64,000 nt of DNA from Acidobacteriota bacterium (GCA_021787555.1 JAJYLS010000001.1:27967-91966); one strand, 5' to 3'. Shown: positions 18,367 to 27,947, counted from the first letter of the stretch. Program-made: numbers and translations. Notes: a model not told the origin generated them from the letters alone.

Positions 18367-18502
18367 TCATGAGACCTCAGCTCGCGCGTGAAGGCGGCGC
18401 GGTCCGAACCTGCGCCGCGCCGGGGTGCATATGCTATCATCCTTTTTCCCCGATGGAACGTGTGTCCTCATACGCCGCCCCAGGCAAGTTCGCGGCCATG
18501 CC

Positions 18503-19684
18503 ATGAAGCTGCTTTGGGTGAAAACGGATTTTCTGCACCCGGCGACCCGCGGGGGACAGATCCGGACACTGGAAATGCTGCGCCGGCTCCACGCCCGCCA
18601 CACGGTCCACTACGTCGCGTTCGAAGATCCGGCCCATCCGGAAGGTCCGGCGCGGGCGCCGGAGTATTGCTCGTTCGCCTATCCGATCCGGTACCGGGTG
18701 GCGGCCAAGAATAGCTGGGCGTTTGGCGCTCAATTGCTCCGCGGGCTTTTCGATCCCGTACCGGTAGCCGTGAGCCGCTACCGGTGCGGCGCCATGCGGC
18801 GGAAAATTGCGGAGCTGACCGCCCGGGAGTATTTCGATTCCATCGTCTGCGATTTCCTTTTCCCGACGCCCAATATGCCGGACCTTGATTCCTGTGTGCT
18901 GTTCCAGCACAACGTGGAGTGGACCATCTGGCAGCGCCACACGGAGAACGCCTCCGACCCGTGGCGGCGCTGGTACTTCAGCATGCAGGCGCGCCGCATG
19001 TTTGCCTACGAGGGCGCCGTGTGCCGGAAGGTGAAGAAGCTGATTGCGGTTTCGGAAAACGACGCCGCGATCTTCCGCAAGCAGTACGGAGCCGCGGCGG
19101 TGGCGCCGGTGCCCACGGGCGTCGATCTGGATTATTTTGCGCCGCCCGCGTCGCCGGCTCCCACCGCGGACCTCGTATTTCTGGGCTCAATGGATTGGAT
19201 GGCCAACGAGGACGCCATGTTGTGGTTTGCCGCCGAGGTGCTGCCGCTCATCCGGCGCGCCCGCCCGGATTGCCGCCTGGCGATCGTCGGCCGAAGGCCC
19301 ACGGCGCGGATCCGCGACCTGGTGCGCGATCCGCTGATCGAGGTGACGGGGACGGTGGTGGATGTGCGGCCGTGGCTGTGGGGCGCAGCGGTGTCGATCG
19401 TGCCGCTGCGGGTGGGCGGAGGCACGCGGCTGAAAATCTACGAAGCCATGGCGGCGCGAGTGCCGGTTGTTTCCACGAGCGTGGGGGCCGAAGGCCTGGA
19501 CGTTTCGCCCGGCGAAAACATCGCGATCGGGGATACGGCCGCGGACCTGGCGGACCGGTGTCTCGCGCTGCTGGATAGTCCGGCGCGGCGCGCGCAGATC
19601 TCCGATGCCGCCCATCGACTGGTCGCGACGCGGTATTCCTGGGATGCCGCGGTGCGCGTTTTCGAGGACCTCTTGCAGGCATGA
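18503..19684 (+). CDS. GT4 (GT-B) glycosyltransferase, 'stp1-like' EPS sugar transferase, paralogue A
   Basis: MKLLWVKTDFLHPATRGGQIRTLEMLRRL... The C-terminus carries PLRVGGGTRLKIYEAMAARVPVVSTSVGAEGL (the E-x7-E region of GT4). It is collinear with 45174..46379. Confidence 0.85.
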   Translation: MKLLWVKTDFLHPATRGGQIRTLEMLRRLHARHTVHYVAFEDPAHPEGPARAPEYCSFAYPIRYRVAAKNSWAFGAQLLRGLFDPVPVAVSRYRCGAMRRKIAELTAREYFDSIVCDFLFPTPNMPDLDSCVLFQHNVEWTIWQRHTENASDPWRRWYFSMQARRMFAYEGAVCRKVKKLIAVSENDAAIFRKQYGAAAVAPVPTGVDLDYFAPPASPAPTADLVFLGSMDWMANEDAMLWFAAEVLPLIRRARPDCRLAIVGRRPTARIRDLVRDPLIEVTGTVVDVRPWLWGAAVSIVPLRVGGGTRLKIYEAMAARVPVVSTSVGAEGLDVSPGENIAIGDTAADLADRCLALLDSPARRAQISDAAHRLVATRYSWDAAVRVFEDLLQA

Positions 19685-21126
19685 AACACGTCTTGTGGGC
19701 CATCGTCCTGCCGGCGCTGGTGGCGCTTGCGGTCCTGCCGCACGGCATCAGCCGCAATCCGTACGACTACGATGAATCCGACTACATGTATGCCGCCCGC
19801 CTGGGCGCATTCGCCAATCATACCGACACGCCCACGCTGCCCCTGGCAGCGTTTCTGCGGATCGGTCTTTCGAGGGGACGCGACAGCCGCGCGCGCTCGG
19901 GTCTTTCCGAGCAGGTCCGCTCCGCCGGCGACGTGGTGCTTTACCGCCACTGGCACGGCCCGCTGTATTACTACTGGCTGATAGCGCTGTCGCGCTGGAA
20001 GGGCGATGAGCATGCCATGCGCGTGTGGATGCTGATGTTGCACGCGCTGACCTTTCTGGCGATTTACTTCGGCTGCCTGTGGGTGCTGCCCGGACAGGCG
20101 GGGCTTTGGACGGCGCGGCTGAGTTCGCTGATCTATCTATTCGACTACACGAATCTCAAAGCGGCGAGCAGCATTTCGCCGCATGCGCTCTTCGTGCTCT
20201 GCTTTGTCGCCAGCCTGCTGGCGGCGGCAAAGACCATCGAGACCGGGAAGCCGCGCTACTGGTACGGGGCGGTGGCGCTGGCCGGGATGGCTTTTTGCAC
20301 GCTGGAAGTGGCGCTGGTGCTGGTGGCCGTCCTGGCGTTGGTTTGCCTGGTGGAACGGCGGAGCGTGTTCGCCGGCTGGGACGCGAAGAATTGGATCCGG
20401 TTTGCCGGCCGCTCGGCGGCGGTGTTTATCGGGGTGGTGCTGCTGACGTGGTCCGGCGCGGTGGTGCGGCTTTCGTTTCTGAAAGCGTACTTTTTCATGG
20501 CGTATCTCGCGGTCTTCCGGCGGGCCCCCTGGGGAGACATAGGATTTATCGAAAGCTGGCGCCTGCGTTTCTCCAGCGCGCCGGTGCAGTGGATCCTGGT
20601 TGCCGGCAGCGTCTTCTTATGGTTCGCACTCCGGCGCAAGGAGAAATTTCCGCGCGCCACGTACCTGTTTCTGCTATACGGCGCGCTGATGCTGCTGGCG
20701 GTGGCGCGGGTGAACAGCGACTCTCTACGCTACATGTCGCCGTATTTCCCGGCGTTCGAACTGTTCGCCGGATTCGTGCTGGCGCGACTGCTGCTACGGT
20801 TTCGCGCTCCGCTGCGCTACACCGCCCTGTGCGCCATCGCTCTTTTGCTCGCTGGATACGTATCTTTGCAATACCGTGAGCATCCGGCGCGCCCCAACAC
20901 GCAGATTATCGCCATGCTCGGCTACGTGCGCGACCACGGGCTTGCGAGCAAGCGCATGCTGGTTCCGCAGCGGCGCTTGCCGGTGCTGCACTATTATTTT
21001 CCCGAGGCCCGGCTGCAAGGGTATGTGGATGAAGTCTCCGCCGCGGAAGCGGCGGCAGGGGGCCAGTTCGACGGCATTCTCGTGCTCGGACGTGAGATTT
21101 GGTACAATGCTTTGGGCAATCCTTGA
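19681..21126 (+). CDS. Polytopic membrane protein, ArnT/PMT (GT39/GT83)-like GT-C glycosyltransferase
   Basis: ATGA overlap with the upstream gene. An early acidic loop (YDYDESDYMYAARL) and YRHWHGPLYYYW are followed by about 11 TM segments. This is the typical layout of dolichyl/undecaprenyl-phosphate-sugar-dependent GT-C enzymes. Confidence 0.65.
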   Translation: MKHVLWAIVLPALVALAVLPHGISRNPYDYDESDYMYAARLGAFANHTDTPTLPLAAFLRIGLSRGRDSRARSGLSEQVRSAGDVVLYRHWHGPLYYYWLIALSRWKGDEHAMRVWMLMLHALTFLAIYFGCLWVLPGQAGLWTARLSSLIYLFDYTNLKAASSISPHALFVLCFVASLLAAAKTIETGKPRYWYGAVALAGMAFCTLEVALVLVAVLALVCLVERRSVFAGWDAKNWIRFAGRSAAVFIGVVLLTWSGAVVRLSFLKAYFFMAYLAVFRRAPWGDIGFIESWRLRFSSAPVQWILVAGSVFLWFALRRKEKFPRATYLFLLYGALMLLAVARVNSDSLRYMSPYFPAFELFAGFVLARLLLRFRAPLRYTALCAIALLLAGYVSLQYREHPARPNTQIIAMLGYVRDHGLASKRMLVPQRRLPVLHYYFPEARLQGYVDEVSAAEAAAGGQFDGILVLGREIWYNALGNP

Positions 21127-22285
21127 GATGCTCAGCACAGTTCTTGTCGTAGTCAGTTCCTTCCTGCTGTTGTACGTTGTGTTTCTCTATCCTGCGCTTC
21201 TGATGTTGCTGGTGCGGCATCGCTCCCGCCCCATCAGGCGGCGCCTCGATCGGCGCAGCGTTTCGATCGTCATCGCCGTGCACAACGGCGCCGCATTCCT
21301 GGCTGAAAAATTACGGTCGGTCCTGGACGTGGATTATCCGTCCGAGCTGGTCGAGGTCATCGTGGTCTCGGACGGCTCGACAGACGACACGGTGTCCGTT
21401 GCGCGGCGATTCGCTCCCCTGGGAGTGCAATTGATGGAGCTTCCGCGCGGCGGCAAATGCAACGCGCTGAATGCCGGGATTGCGCGGGCGCGGGGCGACA
21501 TTTTGCTGTTGACGGATGTGCGGCAGGTTCTGTGTATAGACAGCCTCAAATACATGGTGGAGTGCTTCGCCGATCCATCGGTGGCGGTGGTGAGCGGCGA
21601 ACTGCTGATTCGCAAGGCAACCAGCGCCGACGAGGCGCAGGTCGGGCTGTACTGGCGTTATGAGACCTGGATTCGCAGCCAGCTTGCGAAGATCGATTCC
21701 ATCTTCGGCGCCACCGGCCCGTTTTACGCCATGCGGCGCGAGTTAGCGGTTTCCATTCCCGGCGATATCCTGCTGGACGACATGTATCTGCCGCTGGCGG
21801 CGTTCTTCCGCGGCTACCGGCTGATCGTGGAACCGCGCGCGCGCGCCTACGATTACCCCACCACGCTGCGGACCGAGTTCCGGCGCAAGGTCCGGACGCT
21901 GGCCGGCAATTTCCAGATCCTGCGCGCGTATCCGGATTTGCTGGGAAGGCGGAACCGGATGTGGTGGCACTTCGTTTCCTATAAGCTGGGCCGCCTGCTG
22001 CTGCCATATTTCCTGATCGCGCTGGCCATCGGGAGCGCGGGCCTGGCGGCGCCGTGGTCGTGGGAGATGCTGGCCGGACAGGCGCTGTTCTATGGTGTGG
22101 CCCTGGCCGATTCCGTGGTTCCGGAAGGCTGGCGCATCAAGCAGATTTCCTCGCCCGTCCGGACGTTTGCCGGCCTGATGGTGGCCACGCTCTGCGCCGT
22201 GGCGGTATTCTTCGTCCCGCCGCGCACGCTGTGGAAAGAAACGCGCATTGCCCCTCAAAGCCGGGGCGCACACAGCGGAATGTGA
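21107..22285 (+). CDS. Membrane-anchored processive-type GT2 glycosyltransferase
   Basis: An N-terminal TM is followed by VSIVIAVHNGAAFL...VIVVSDGSTDDT...GKCNALNAGI...LLLTDVRQ, then C-terminal TM helices. The start is ATG 21107 or 21128; the track ORF start at 20876 lies inside the upstream gene. Confidence 0.85.
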   Translation: MLWAILEMLSTVLVVVSSFLLLYVVFLYPALLMLLVRHRSRPIRRRLDRRSVSIVIAVHNGAAFLAEKLRSVLDVDYPSELVEVIVVSDGSTDDTVSVARRFAPLGVQLMELPRGGKCNALNAGIARARGDILLLTDVRQVLCIDSLKYMVECFADPSVAVVSGELLIRKATSADEAQVGLYWRYETWIRSQLAKIDSIFGATGPFYAMRRELAVSIPGDILLDDMYLPLAAFFRGYRLIVEPRARAYDYPTTLRTEFRRKVRTLAGNFQILRAYPDLLGRRNRMWWHFVSYKLGRLLLPYFLIALAIGSAGLAAPWSWEMLAGQALFYGVALADSVVPEGWRIKQISSPVRTFAGLMVATLCAVAVFFVPPRTLWKETRIAPQSRGAHSGM

Positions 22286-22296
22286 TCCCCCGCGGA

Positions 22297-23784
22297 CTAT
22301 AGCGGGCGATGAAGCGCGGCCGGATCGCCCGTGCCACCGAGCGCTTGCCGGTCGCGCTTGAGGTGCTCGCGCGCCTCCGGGTAATCCGGGAAATAGCGCA
22401 GGGCCTCCGCGAAATGATCCACGGCCGCAGCCAGGTCGCCGTGCCTTTCCAAGGCCAAGGCATAGGCTCCCTGCGCGACGAAGTAATCCGGCTCGATGCG
22501 CACGGCCGCGGCGTGATGCGGGAGGGCCTCGGCGAAGCGCCCGCGGTCGTCCAATGCCGCCGCGAGGTAATGCTCCGCGGCGGCGTTCTGGCCGGTGGCC
22601 GCGATGGCATTACTGAAAACCGTGATGCTGTCGCGCCAGGTTCCGATGTGGCCGAGCGAGGCGGCGCCGCAGGCCGCCAGCATCACGGCGGCGGCGCCGG
22701 CGGCCAACGTCCGGTGCTCGCGGAGCAAGTCGGCGCCGCCCCAGACCGCCATTACCGCCAGGCCGATCAGCGGCAGGTAGGTAAACCGGTCGGCCATGGC
22801 TTGCCGGCCCACCTGCACGATGCCGATGGCCGGTGCGAGGCCGATCACGAACCAGAGCCAGCCGAACAGGAGATAAGGCTGGGGGTTGCGCCGCCGGATG
22901 ACGGCGAAAGTTACGGCCGCCAGCAGCACGAAACAGGCCGCCGGCTGCCACCAGGGAATGGAGATGCGATAGGGATAAAGGATCGCCAGGTGACGCGGCC
23001 AAAACGCCAGCCGGAGATAGCTGACGCAGGAAACCAGCGCGTTGGCCGCCCGATGCGGCAGCGGCACGTGTGCCGCCCAGTTGATGGCCTGCATCCGCGC
23101 GGTGCCGACGTAAGTGATAGCGAGCGACAGCGCAGCCAGGATCGCCAAGGGAAGCTTCTCGCCCCATGCGCGGCGCCGCAGCGGCCAATAATCCAGCAGG
23201 AGGAGCAGCACCGGCGTGGTGATCAACATGGGCTTGGACATCAGGCCGCAGGCGAACGCGGCGAGCACGCAGGCGTAGCGCCGGTTGGAGGGCCGCTGTA
23301 CGAACCACAGGTATGCCGCCAGCATGACCAGGAACCAGAAGGCGCTGAGCACGTCCTTGCGCTCGGCGATCCACACCACCGATTCCAGGCGCAGCGGATG
23401 CAGCGCAAAAATGCCGGCCACCGCCGCGCTACGCCAGAAAGTGCCGGTGAGCCGCCGGAAAATCAGGAACACCAGCACCGAATTGGCCGTGTGGTAAACG
23501 ACGTTGACCAGGTGGTGCCATCCGGGCCGCAGGCCGAAAAGCTGGCAATCCAGCATATGAGAGAGCCAGGTGAGCGGCTGCCAGTAGAAATAGTCGATGG
23601 CGCGGAACGCCCAAATGACACCACCTGCCGTGAAGCCGTGGCGCACCCAGGGGTTTTCATAGACGTACCCGTTGTCATCGAAATTCAGGAAGCCGAAGCG
23701 CACCGCCTGGCCGAAGACCGCCAGGCAGGCGGCCGCCAGGGCAAGGCAAACAAACAAATCGCGCCGCTTCATCGCACTCCGCAA
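22297..23784 (-). CDS. TMTC/PMT-like membrane protein with C-terminal TPR repeats (DUF1736-type)
   Basis: FGFLNFDDNGYVYENPWV...WQPLTWLSHMLD...HHLVNVVYHTANSVLVF is followed by multiple TM segments and C-terminal TPR units (AEHYLAAALDDRGRFAEALPHHAAAVRIEPDY...). An alternative start is M5 at 23772. Confidence 0.8.
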   Translation of the reverse strand: MRSAMKRRDLFVCLALAAACLAVFGQAVRFGFLNFDDNGYVYENPWVRHGFTAGGVIWAFRAIDYFYWQPLTWLSHMLDCQLFGLRPGWHHLVNVVYHTANSVLVFLIFRRLTGTFWRSAAVAGIFALHPLRLESVVWIAERKDVLSAFWFLVMLAAYLWFVQRPSNRRYACVLAAFACGLMSKPMLITTPVLLLLLDYWPLRRRAWGEKLPLAILAALSLAITYVGTARMQAINWAAHVPLPHRAANALVSCVSYLRLAFWPRHLAILYPYRISIPWWQPAACFVLLAAVTFAVIRRRNPQPYLLFGWLWFVIGLAPAIGIVQVGRQAMADRFTYLPLIGLAVMAVWGGADLLREHRTLAAGAAAVMLAACGAASLGHIGTWRDSITVFSNAIAATGQNAAAEHYLAAALDDRGRFAEALPHHAAAVRIEPDYFVAQGAYALALERHGDLAAAVDHFAEALRYFPDYPEAREHLKRDRQALGGTGDPAALHRPL

Positions 23785-23837
23785 TTATCCACAATCGGCG
23801 GTGGGCAAATCAGCCCTTCTTCGGTTTGCGGCGGATG

Positions 23838-25697
23838 TCATCTAAAGTTATGAGACGGTTCGGAAGTGCGGGTTAATGCAGCCGCAGCCGGATGTGGAGC
23901 CCGCATACGGAGCGCTTGCGGACCTCGCTGTGCGCCGGCTGCGCCCCCGGACCCAAGCCGGCCCGGTTCGCGGCTGCGCAGCATGGGCGCGATATCCTCG
24001 GGTGCTGTCGCCGCCTGCCCTGCTGTCGCCCGCTGCGCGAGCACCCGGTAAATCGTGCAACCCTCTGCCTCATACACCCGCTGCGCCCCCGCATCCCGCG
24101 CCAGGGCCATGCGCGACGCTTCTTCCAGGGCTTCCCCATTGGGCCGTATCTCCCGCCGCCAATCCCGTGGCCCATCCAGGATGTAGTCCAGTCCATGATC
24201 GCGCGCCAGCGCCGGCCGGGAATTCAGAAACTTCGCCACCCCCACCGCATCCCCCCGGTAGTAGTAGTCCATCGGCACGACCGGCCTTAGTCCCTTTCTC
24301 CCCGCATAGAGATAGAGCACCACATCTTCGCTCGCCAGAAACTGGTCTTCAGCCCGCGTGTGCTCTTGGATCCACCGGTACGCCGGATGGTAGGTCGCTG
24401 CCCGCAAGCGCCGGTAGTATACGTCTCCCTGAAGCAAACTTCCCCACGTCGCGATTTCCGGGCACACTAGAATCGCGGTGCAGGCGCACGCAAACCCGAT
24501 CGCCACAGCGCCCCTTCGCTGCCGCAGCGCCTCAAAGATCCGCTCCAATTCGGTCCAGAGTCCCGCCAGAATGACCGGCAGCACCGGCAGGAGAAACCGC
24601 TCGTTTGGCGGATAGTCCCAAAGCAGCAGCATACTCGCATAGGCTAGGGCAAACAGATGGTACGGATTGCTCCCCACGCGCCGGAAATGGCGGATCGTCC
24701 CCACCAGGATGAGCGCCCCCAAGAACCGCTCCGCAAGGCCCGGCGTCTCTCTCCAATTCACCACGACCGCGCCCAGCGCCGCCAGCAGTGTGTCGGCATT
24801 CTTCGCCAGGATATTCCCGTAGCCCGCCATCCGCACTGTGTGCCAGTGGTAGCCGAGGTAATCCGTGTAGTACATTCGCAGGAAGTCGGTCGTATGCGAC
24901 CGAAGAGAGCCTGCCGGGAGATCTCGGTGGGCCCGCATCCACAGACTCCATCCCGCGATCGCCGGCAGCATCCCCGCCAGGAAGAGGCCCGCGTTCCGGA
25001 ACTGCCGCCGCACTGCGTAATACAGTGGCACCGCCGCAGCCAGCGGCAGCGCCGCCGTCTTCGCCAGATAGGCCGCGCCGGCCAGCAAGCCTGCACCCGC
25101 GGCCCGCCATGGCCCGGCAGGCGATTCGCCTATCTTTGGTCGGCCTACTGCCAGCGCCGCCGATGCCGTCCATAGCGCCGCCACCATCACTTCCGGCTCC
25201 GCTCGCTTGGCGTAAGCTGCCGCTGTCCCATTCAACCCCAGCACGCCGCACAGAGCCAGAGCCGCTCGGCCTCCCAGTCCAAGGTCCCGGAACATCCGAT
25301 GAGCCAGCGCCATCCATACCGGAAACCACACCCACGAAAACAGTGTGGCCAACTCCAGATTCGCCGGAAAACGCGGTTCCATCCGCCACACCAGCGCCAG
25401 AAACAACGGCTCCAGCGGCGGATATTTTGTCTGCCATGGTTCACCCGGCATGCTCTCGATCCGGTATCCCCGCCCTTGCGCCAGCGCCTTAGCGGTCACG
25501 TAGTAGATCGAGTCGTCGTGCACCTGCCCGAATTCCGGCATATCCCGCCCGTGCCAGGCAAGGTACGCTGATGGCAGCACAAACAGCGCTCCAATCGCTA
25601 TCATGCCGCGCCAGCGCCTCACTTCCGCAGTTCCTCCATCACGCACCGCATCCCATAGTGCGATGCTATCATGCCGCCCGGTGCGCCCCCGCACCAT
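23838..25697 (-). CDS. Polytopic membrane protein, GT-C/ArnT-like
   Basis: Frame of ORF 23838..25829. I prefer the start at M45 (25697) or M76 (25604), just before the first TM (MIAIGALFVLPSAYLAW). DDSIYYVTAKALAQGRGY and more than 10 TM segments are present. The last ~60 residues look like non-coding read-through (see findings). Confidence 0.6.
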   Translation of the reverse strand: MVRGRTGRHDSIALWDAVRDGGTAEVRRWRGMIAIGALFVLPSAYLAWHGRDMPEFGQVHDDSIYYVTAKALAQGRGYRIESMPGEPWQTKYPPLEPLFLALVWRMEPRFPANLELATLFSWVWFPVWMALAHRMFRDLGLGGRAALALCGVLGLNGTAAAYAKRAEPEVMVAALWTASAALAVGRPKIGESPAGPWRAAGAGLLAGAAYLAKTAALPLAAAVPLYYAVRRQFRNAGLFLAGMLPAIAGWSLWMRAHRDLPAGSLRSHTTDFLRMYYTDYLGYHWHTVRMAGYGNILAKNADTLLAALGAVVVNWRETPGLAERFLGALILVGTIRHFRRVGSNPYHLFALAYASMLLLWDYPPNERFLLPVLPVILAGLWTELERIFEALRQRRGAVAIGFACACTAILVCPEIATWGSLLQGDVYYRRLRAATYHPAYRWIQEHTRAEDQFLASEDVVLYLYAGRKGLRPVVPMDYYYRGDAVGVAKFLNSRPALARDHGLDYILDGPRDWRREIRPNGEALEEASRMALARDAGAQRVYEAEGCTIYRVLAQRATAGQAATAPEDIAPMLRSREPGRLGSGGAAGAQRGPQALRMRAPHPAAAALTRTSEPSHNFR

Positions 25698-25810
25698 TTC
25701 CCGCTGCTTGACACGTCTCCGCAGGCGCGTCAGACTTTGAAGTTGGCTCCTGTGCACGCCTCCCTTCGGAGCCGCGGGCGTAGCGAGCGGTGTGCGAAGG
25801 AGGCACCGTC

Positions 25811-27136
25811 TTGATTTTGGAACGCGCATTTCGCGCAGTTGGAATTCTGGCGTTCTCTCTGCCAGTATTTGCCCAATACGCCGGCCCGGCTATTCTGTCG
25901 CGCGGCGAAGCCCCGGCGGCGATCGCCGGAGACGAAGTGTCGTTCCGCCCCTATTTCGAACTGGCGGGTGTCTACAATACAGGCCTGCTAGGAATTATTG
26001 TCAACAGTCAGGGCGTGGCGCAATCCGGCGCCGCCTATGGGCTGGAACTCGCCGCCGGGGTTAGCGGGGCGCATAGTTGGCGCCACACTAAAATCGCCCT
26101 GGACTATCAATTCGGAGCAATCCATTACAATCAGGCAAGCTATTACGATGGAATTAATCAATCCCTGCTCCTCGCCGTCACCCACCAGTTCACCCGCCAC
26201 ACGTCACTCACCTTGCGGGAGAATGCCGGGGAATTCTCCGGGTATTACGGTTTTCCGGGAATTACCTCCACGGTGCCGTTCGACCCCACCACCTCTTTTG
26301 TCCCGGCTACCCCCTTCTTCGACAACCGCGTGATTTATGCGGCCACGCAAGCCGATTTCATTCTTCAGAAGACGGCGCGCCTCTCCTTCGACTTGGGCGG
26401 CGAGGGTTTTCTGGCTCGTCTTCGCTCCACGGCGCTATATGGCACAACCGGCGCCGGCGCCCATGCCGACGTGCAATACCGCCTCACGCGCCGCACCACC
26501 GTCGGCGCCGCCTACATGTACGATCACTTCGGTTTTGAGCGCGTTTTCAGCAGCACCGACGTGCATTCCGTTGTGGGAACCTATTCCACGGCCCTGACGC
26601 AGCACCTGGAGTTTTCGGTTTACGGCGGCATGATGCGATACGAGACGAAATTCGTCCAAACCGTGCCGGTGGATCCCTCGATCACAGCGCTGTTCGGCAT
26701 CACTCTAGGGAACGAGGTGACCTACAGCCTTGGCTATTCGCCCACGGTCAACGCCCGGCTCGCGAAAACCTACAAGCAAGGCGTAGCATATATCTCCGGC
26801 GGCCGCATGGTCATACCCGGTAACGGCCTGTTTCTCACATCGACCATGAACATGGGCATGGTAGGGTACACCTATACCGGGCTGCGCCGCTGGAGCATGG
26901 ATGCGAACTTCAGCTACTCGGAGGGCACTTCCCTAGCGGGGCTACTGGGCCAATACTCCGATACGGTCGGGACGATTTCCATCTCGCGCAAGATCAAGAA
27001 AAGCTTCCACGCAATTGCCAGCTTCAGTGCTTCCAAGTACGGCAGCCCGGGGTATAGTTACTACAATCAGGTTTTCTACATGGCCCGTATCGGCATTGGC
27101 TGGACGCCTGGCGACGTTCCGCTGCGCGTCTGGTAG
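25811..27136 (+). CDS. Secreted protein, probable outer-membrane beta-barrel
   Basis: A TTG start at 25811 lies 7 nt after GAAGGAGG. The signal peptide is (M)ILERAFRAVGILAFSLPVFAQ. Amphipathic beta-strand patterns with Tyr/Gly run throughout, and the protein ends ...RIGIGWTPGDVPLRVW with a C-terminal aromatic residue. The size (~441 aa) and context resemble the PEP-CTERM-locus putative OM barrel I remember. Confidence 0.55.
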   Translation: MILERAFRAVGILAFSLPVFAQYAGPAILSRGEAPAAIAGDEVSFRPYFELAGVYNTGLLGIIVNSQGVAQSGAAYGLELAAGVSGAHSWRHTKIALDYQFGAIHYNQASYYDGINQSLLLAVTHQFTRHTSLTLRENAGEFSGYYGFPGITSTVPFDPTTSFVPATPFFDNRVIYAATQADFILQKTARLSFDLGGEGFLARLRSTALYGTTGAGAHADVQYRLTRRTTVGAAYMYDHFGFERVFSSTDVHSVVGTYSTALTQHLEFSVYGGMMRYETKFVQTVPVDPSITALFGITLGNEVTYSLGYSPTVNARLAKTYKQGVAYISGGRMVIPGNGLFLTSTMNMGMVGYTYTGLRRWSMDANFSYSEGTSLAGLLGQYSDTVGTISISRKIKKSFHAIASFSASKYGSPGYSYYNQVFYMARIGIGWTPGDVPLRVW

Positions 27137-27233
27137 GTTCCGTGGTCCAACTCCGGCGGCGCCCCGGCACCGGTCGCCGCGATAGCGCCAATGAGCGATC
27201 GAACGGCGTGATAGAGTGTTCGGAGGGGCACTT

Positions 27234-27851
27234 GTGTCCACTCAGCCCAAGACACTCCTCACGCCGGAGCAGTACCTCGAGATTGAGCGCGCCGCCGAAT
27301 ACAAGAGTGAATACTTCAATGGCGAGATGTTCCCCATGGGCACGTTCGCCATGGCCGGCGCGGCTGAGAATCACAACCTCGTCGTAGCAAATACGCTGCG
27401 CGACTTGAGCCAACAACTTCGCCACCGGCCTTGCAAAGTGTACCCGAGCGATATGCGTGTCCGTGTAAGCTCCACCGGCTTGTACACGTATCCCGATCTA
27501 ACGGTGGTCTGCGGCAGCGCCGAGTTCCTGGACCGCCGGCGCGACACCCTGCTGAACCCCACCCTCATCGTGGAAGTGCTCTCGCCCTCGACCGAAGCCT
27601 ACGACCGCGGCCGTAAATTCGATCACTACCGTGCTATCGAATCCTTCCGTGAATATCTGCTGCTCCCCTCCGACCGGATCCACGCGGATCTCTTCACGCT
27701 CCAGGAGGGCCGCTGGGTCCTGACCTCGGCCGATCGCCTGGAAGATTCCCTGTCACTGGAATCCATCGGCTGCCGGCTGGCCATGGCCGACCTGTACGAA
27801 AAGGTAGAATTCGAACCCGCGGTTCCGCCGCGGAACGCACAGGTGCCCTAG
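27234..27851 (+). CDS. Uma2-family (DUF820) putative endonuclease
   Basis: TPEQYLEIERAAEYKSEYFNGEM...HNLVVANTLRDL...YPDLTVVCG...PTLIVEVLSPST...DRGRKFDHYRAIESFREYLLL is the PD-(D/E)xK-like Uma2 pattern. A GTG at 27234 follows GGAGG by 7 nt; the track start at 27216 is also possible. Confidence 0.85.
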   Translation: MSTQPKTLLTPEQYLEIERAAEYKSEYFNGEMFPMGTFAMAGAAENHNLVVANTLRDLSQQLRHRPCKVYPSDMRVRVSSTGLYTYPDLTVVCGSAEFLDRRRDTLLNPTLIVEVLSPSTEAYDRGRKFDHYRAIESFREYLLLPSDRIHADLFTLQEGRWVLTSADRLEDSLSLESIGCRLAMADLYEKVEFEPAVPPRNAQVP

Positions 27852-27947
27852 TATCCGAAACGCAGTGTTCATAAGTATGTAACCATTCCGTTGCGCCCCG
27901 ATTAGTCATGCCGCCGGATTTTCCACTGCGATAAAATTCAATGGAAG

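Larger units (their letters stand above)
14350..18420. mobile_element. Putative integrated/plasmid-derived module (HTH, ParA, repeat-bearing ORF, HTH protein, tyrosine recombinase)
   Basis: Five non-glycan genes interrupt the run of glycosyltransferase operons. The left edge is AT-rich (about 33% GC at 14401-14460 against about 70% in flanking genes). The module ends with a tyrosine recombinase. I could not find flanking direct repeats or a tRNA target, so the borders are approximate. Confidence 0.4.

Noticed and set aside
14350-18502. Searched both borders of the ParA/recombinase module for direct repeats (att sites), a tRNA target, or inverted repeats bracketing a promoter (invertible switch)
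   Set aside because: Nothing convincing was found by eye. The GCGGCGC-N11-GCGCCGC hairpin at about 18393-18417 is too tight to bracket a promoter. It more likely marks the 3' end of the recombinase transcript.
25708-25736. TTGACA-N17-CAGACT as a promoter for the outer-membrane barrel gene
   Set aside because: The -35 is perfect but the -10 is poor. The site may also lie inside the divergent gene, depending on that gene's true start. It was too weak to list as a feature.
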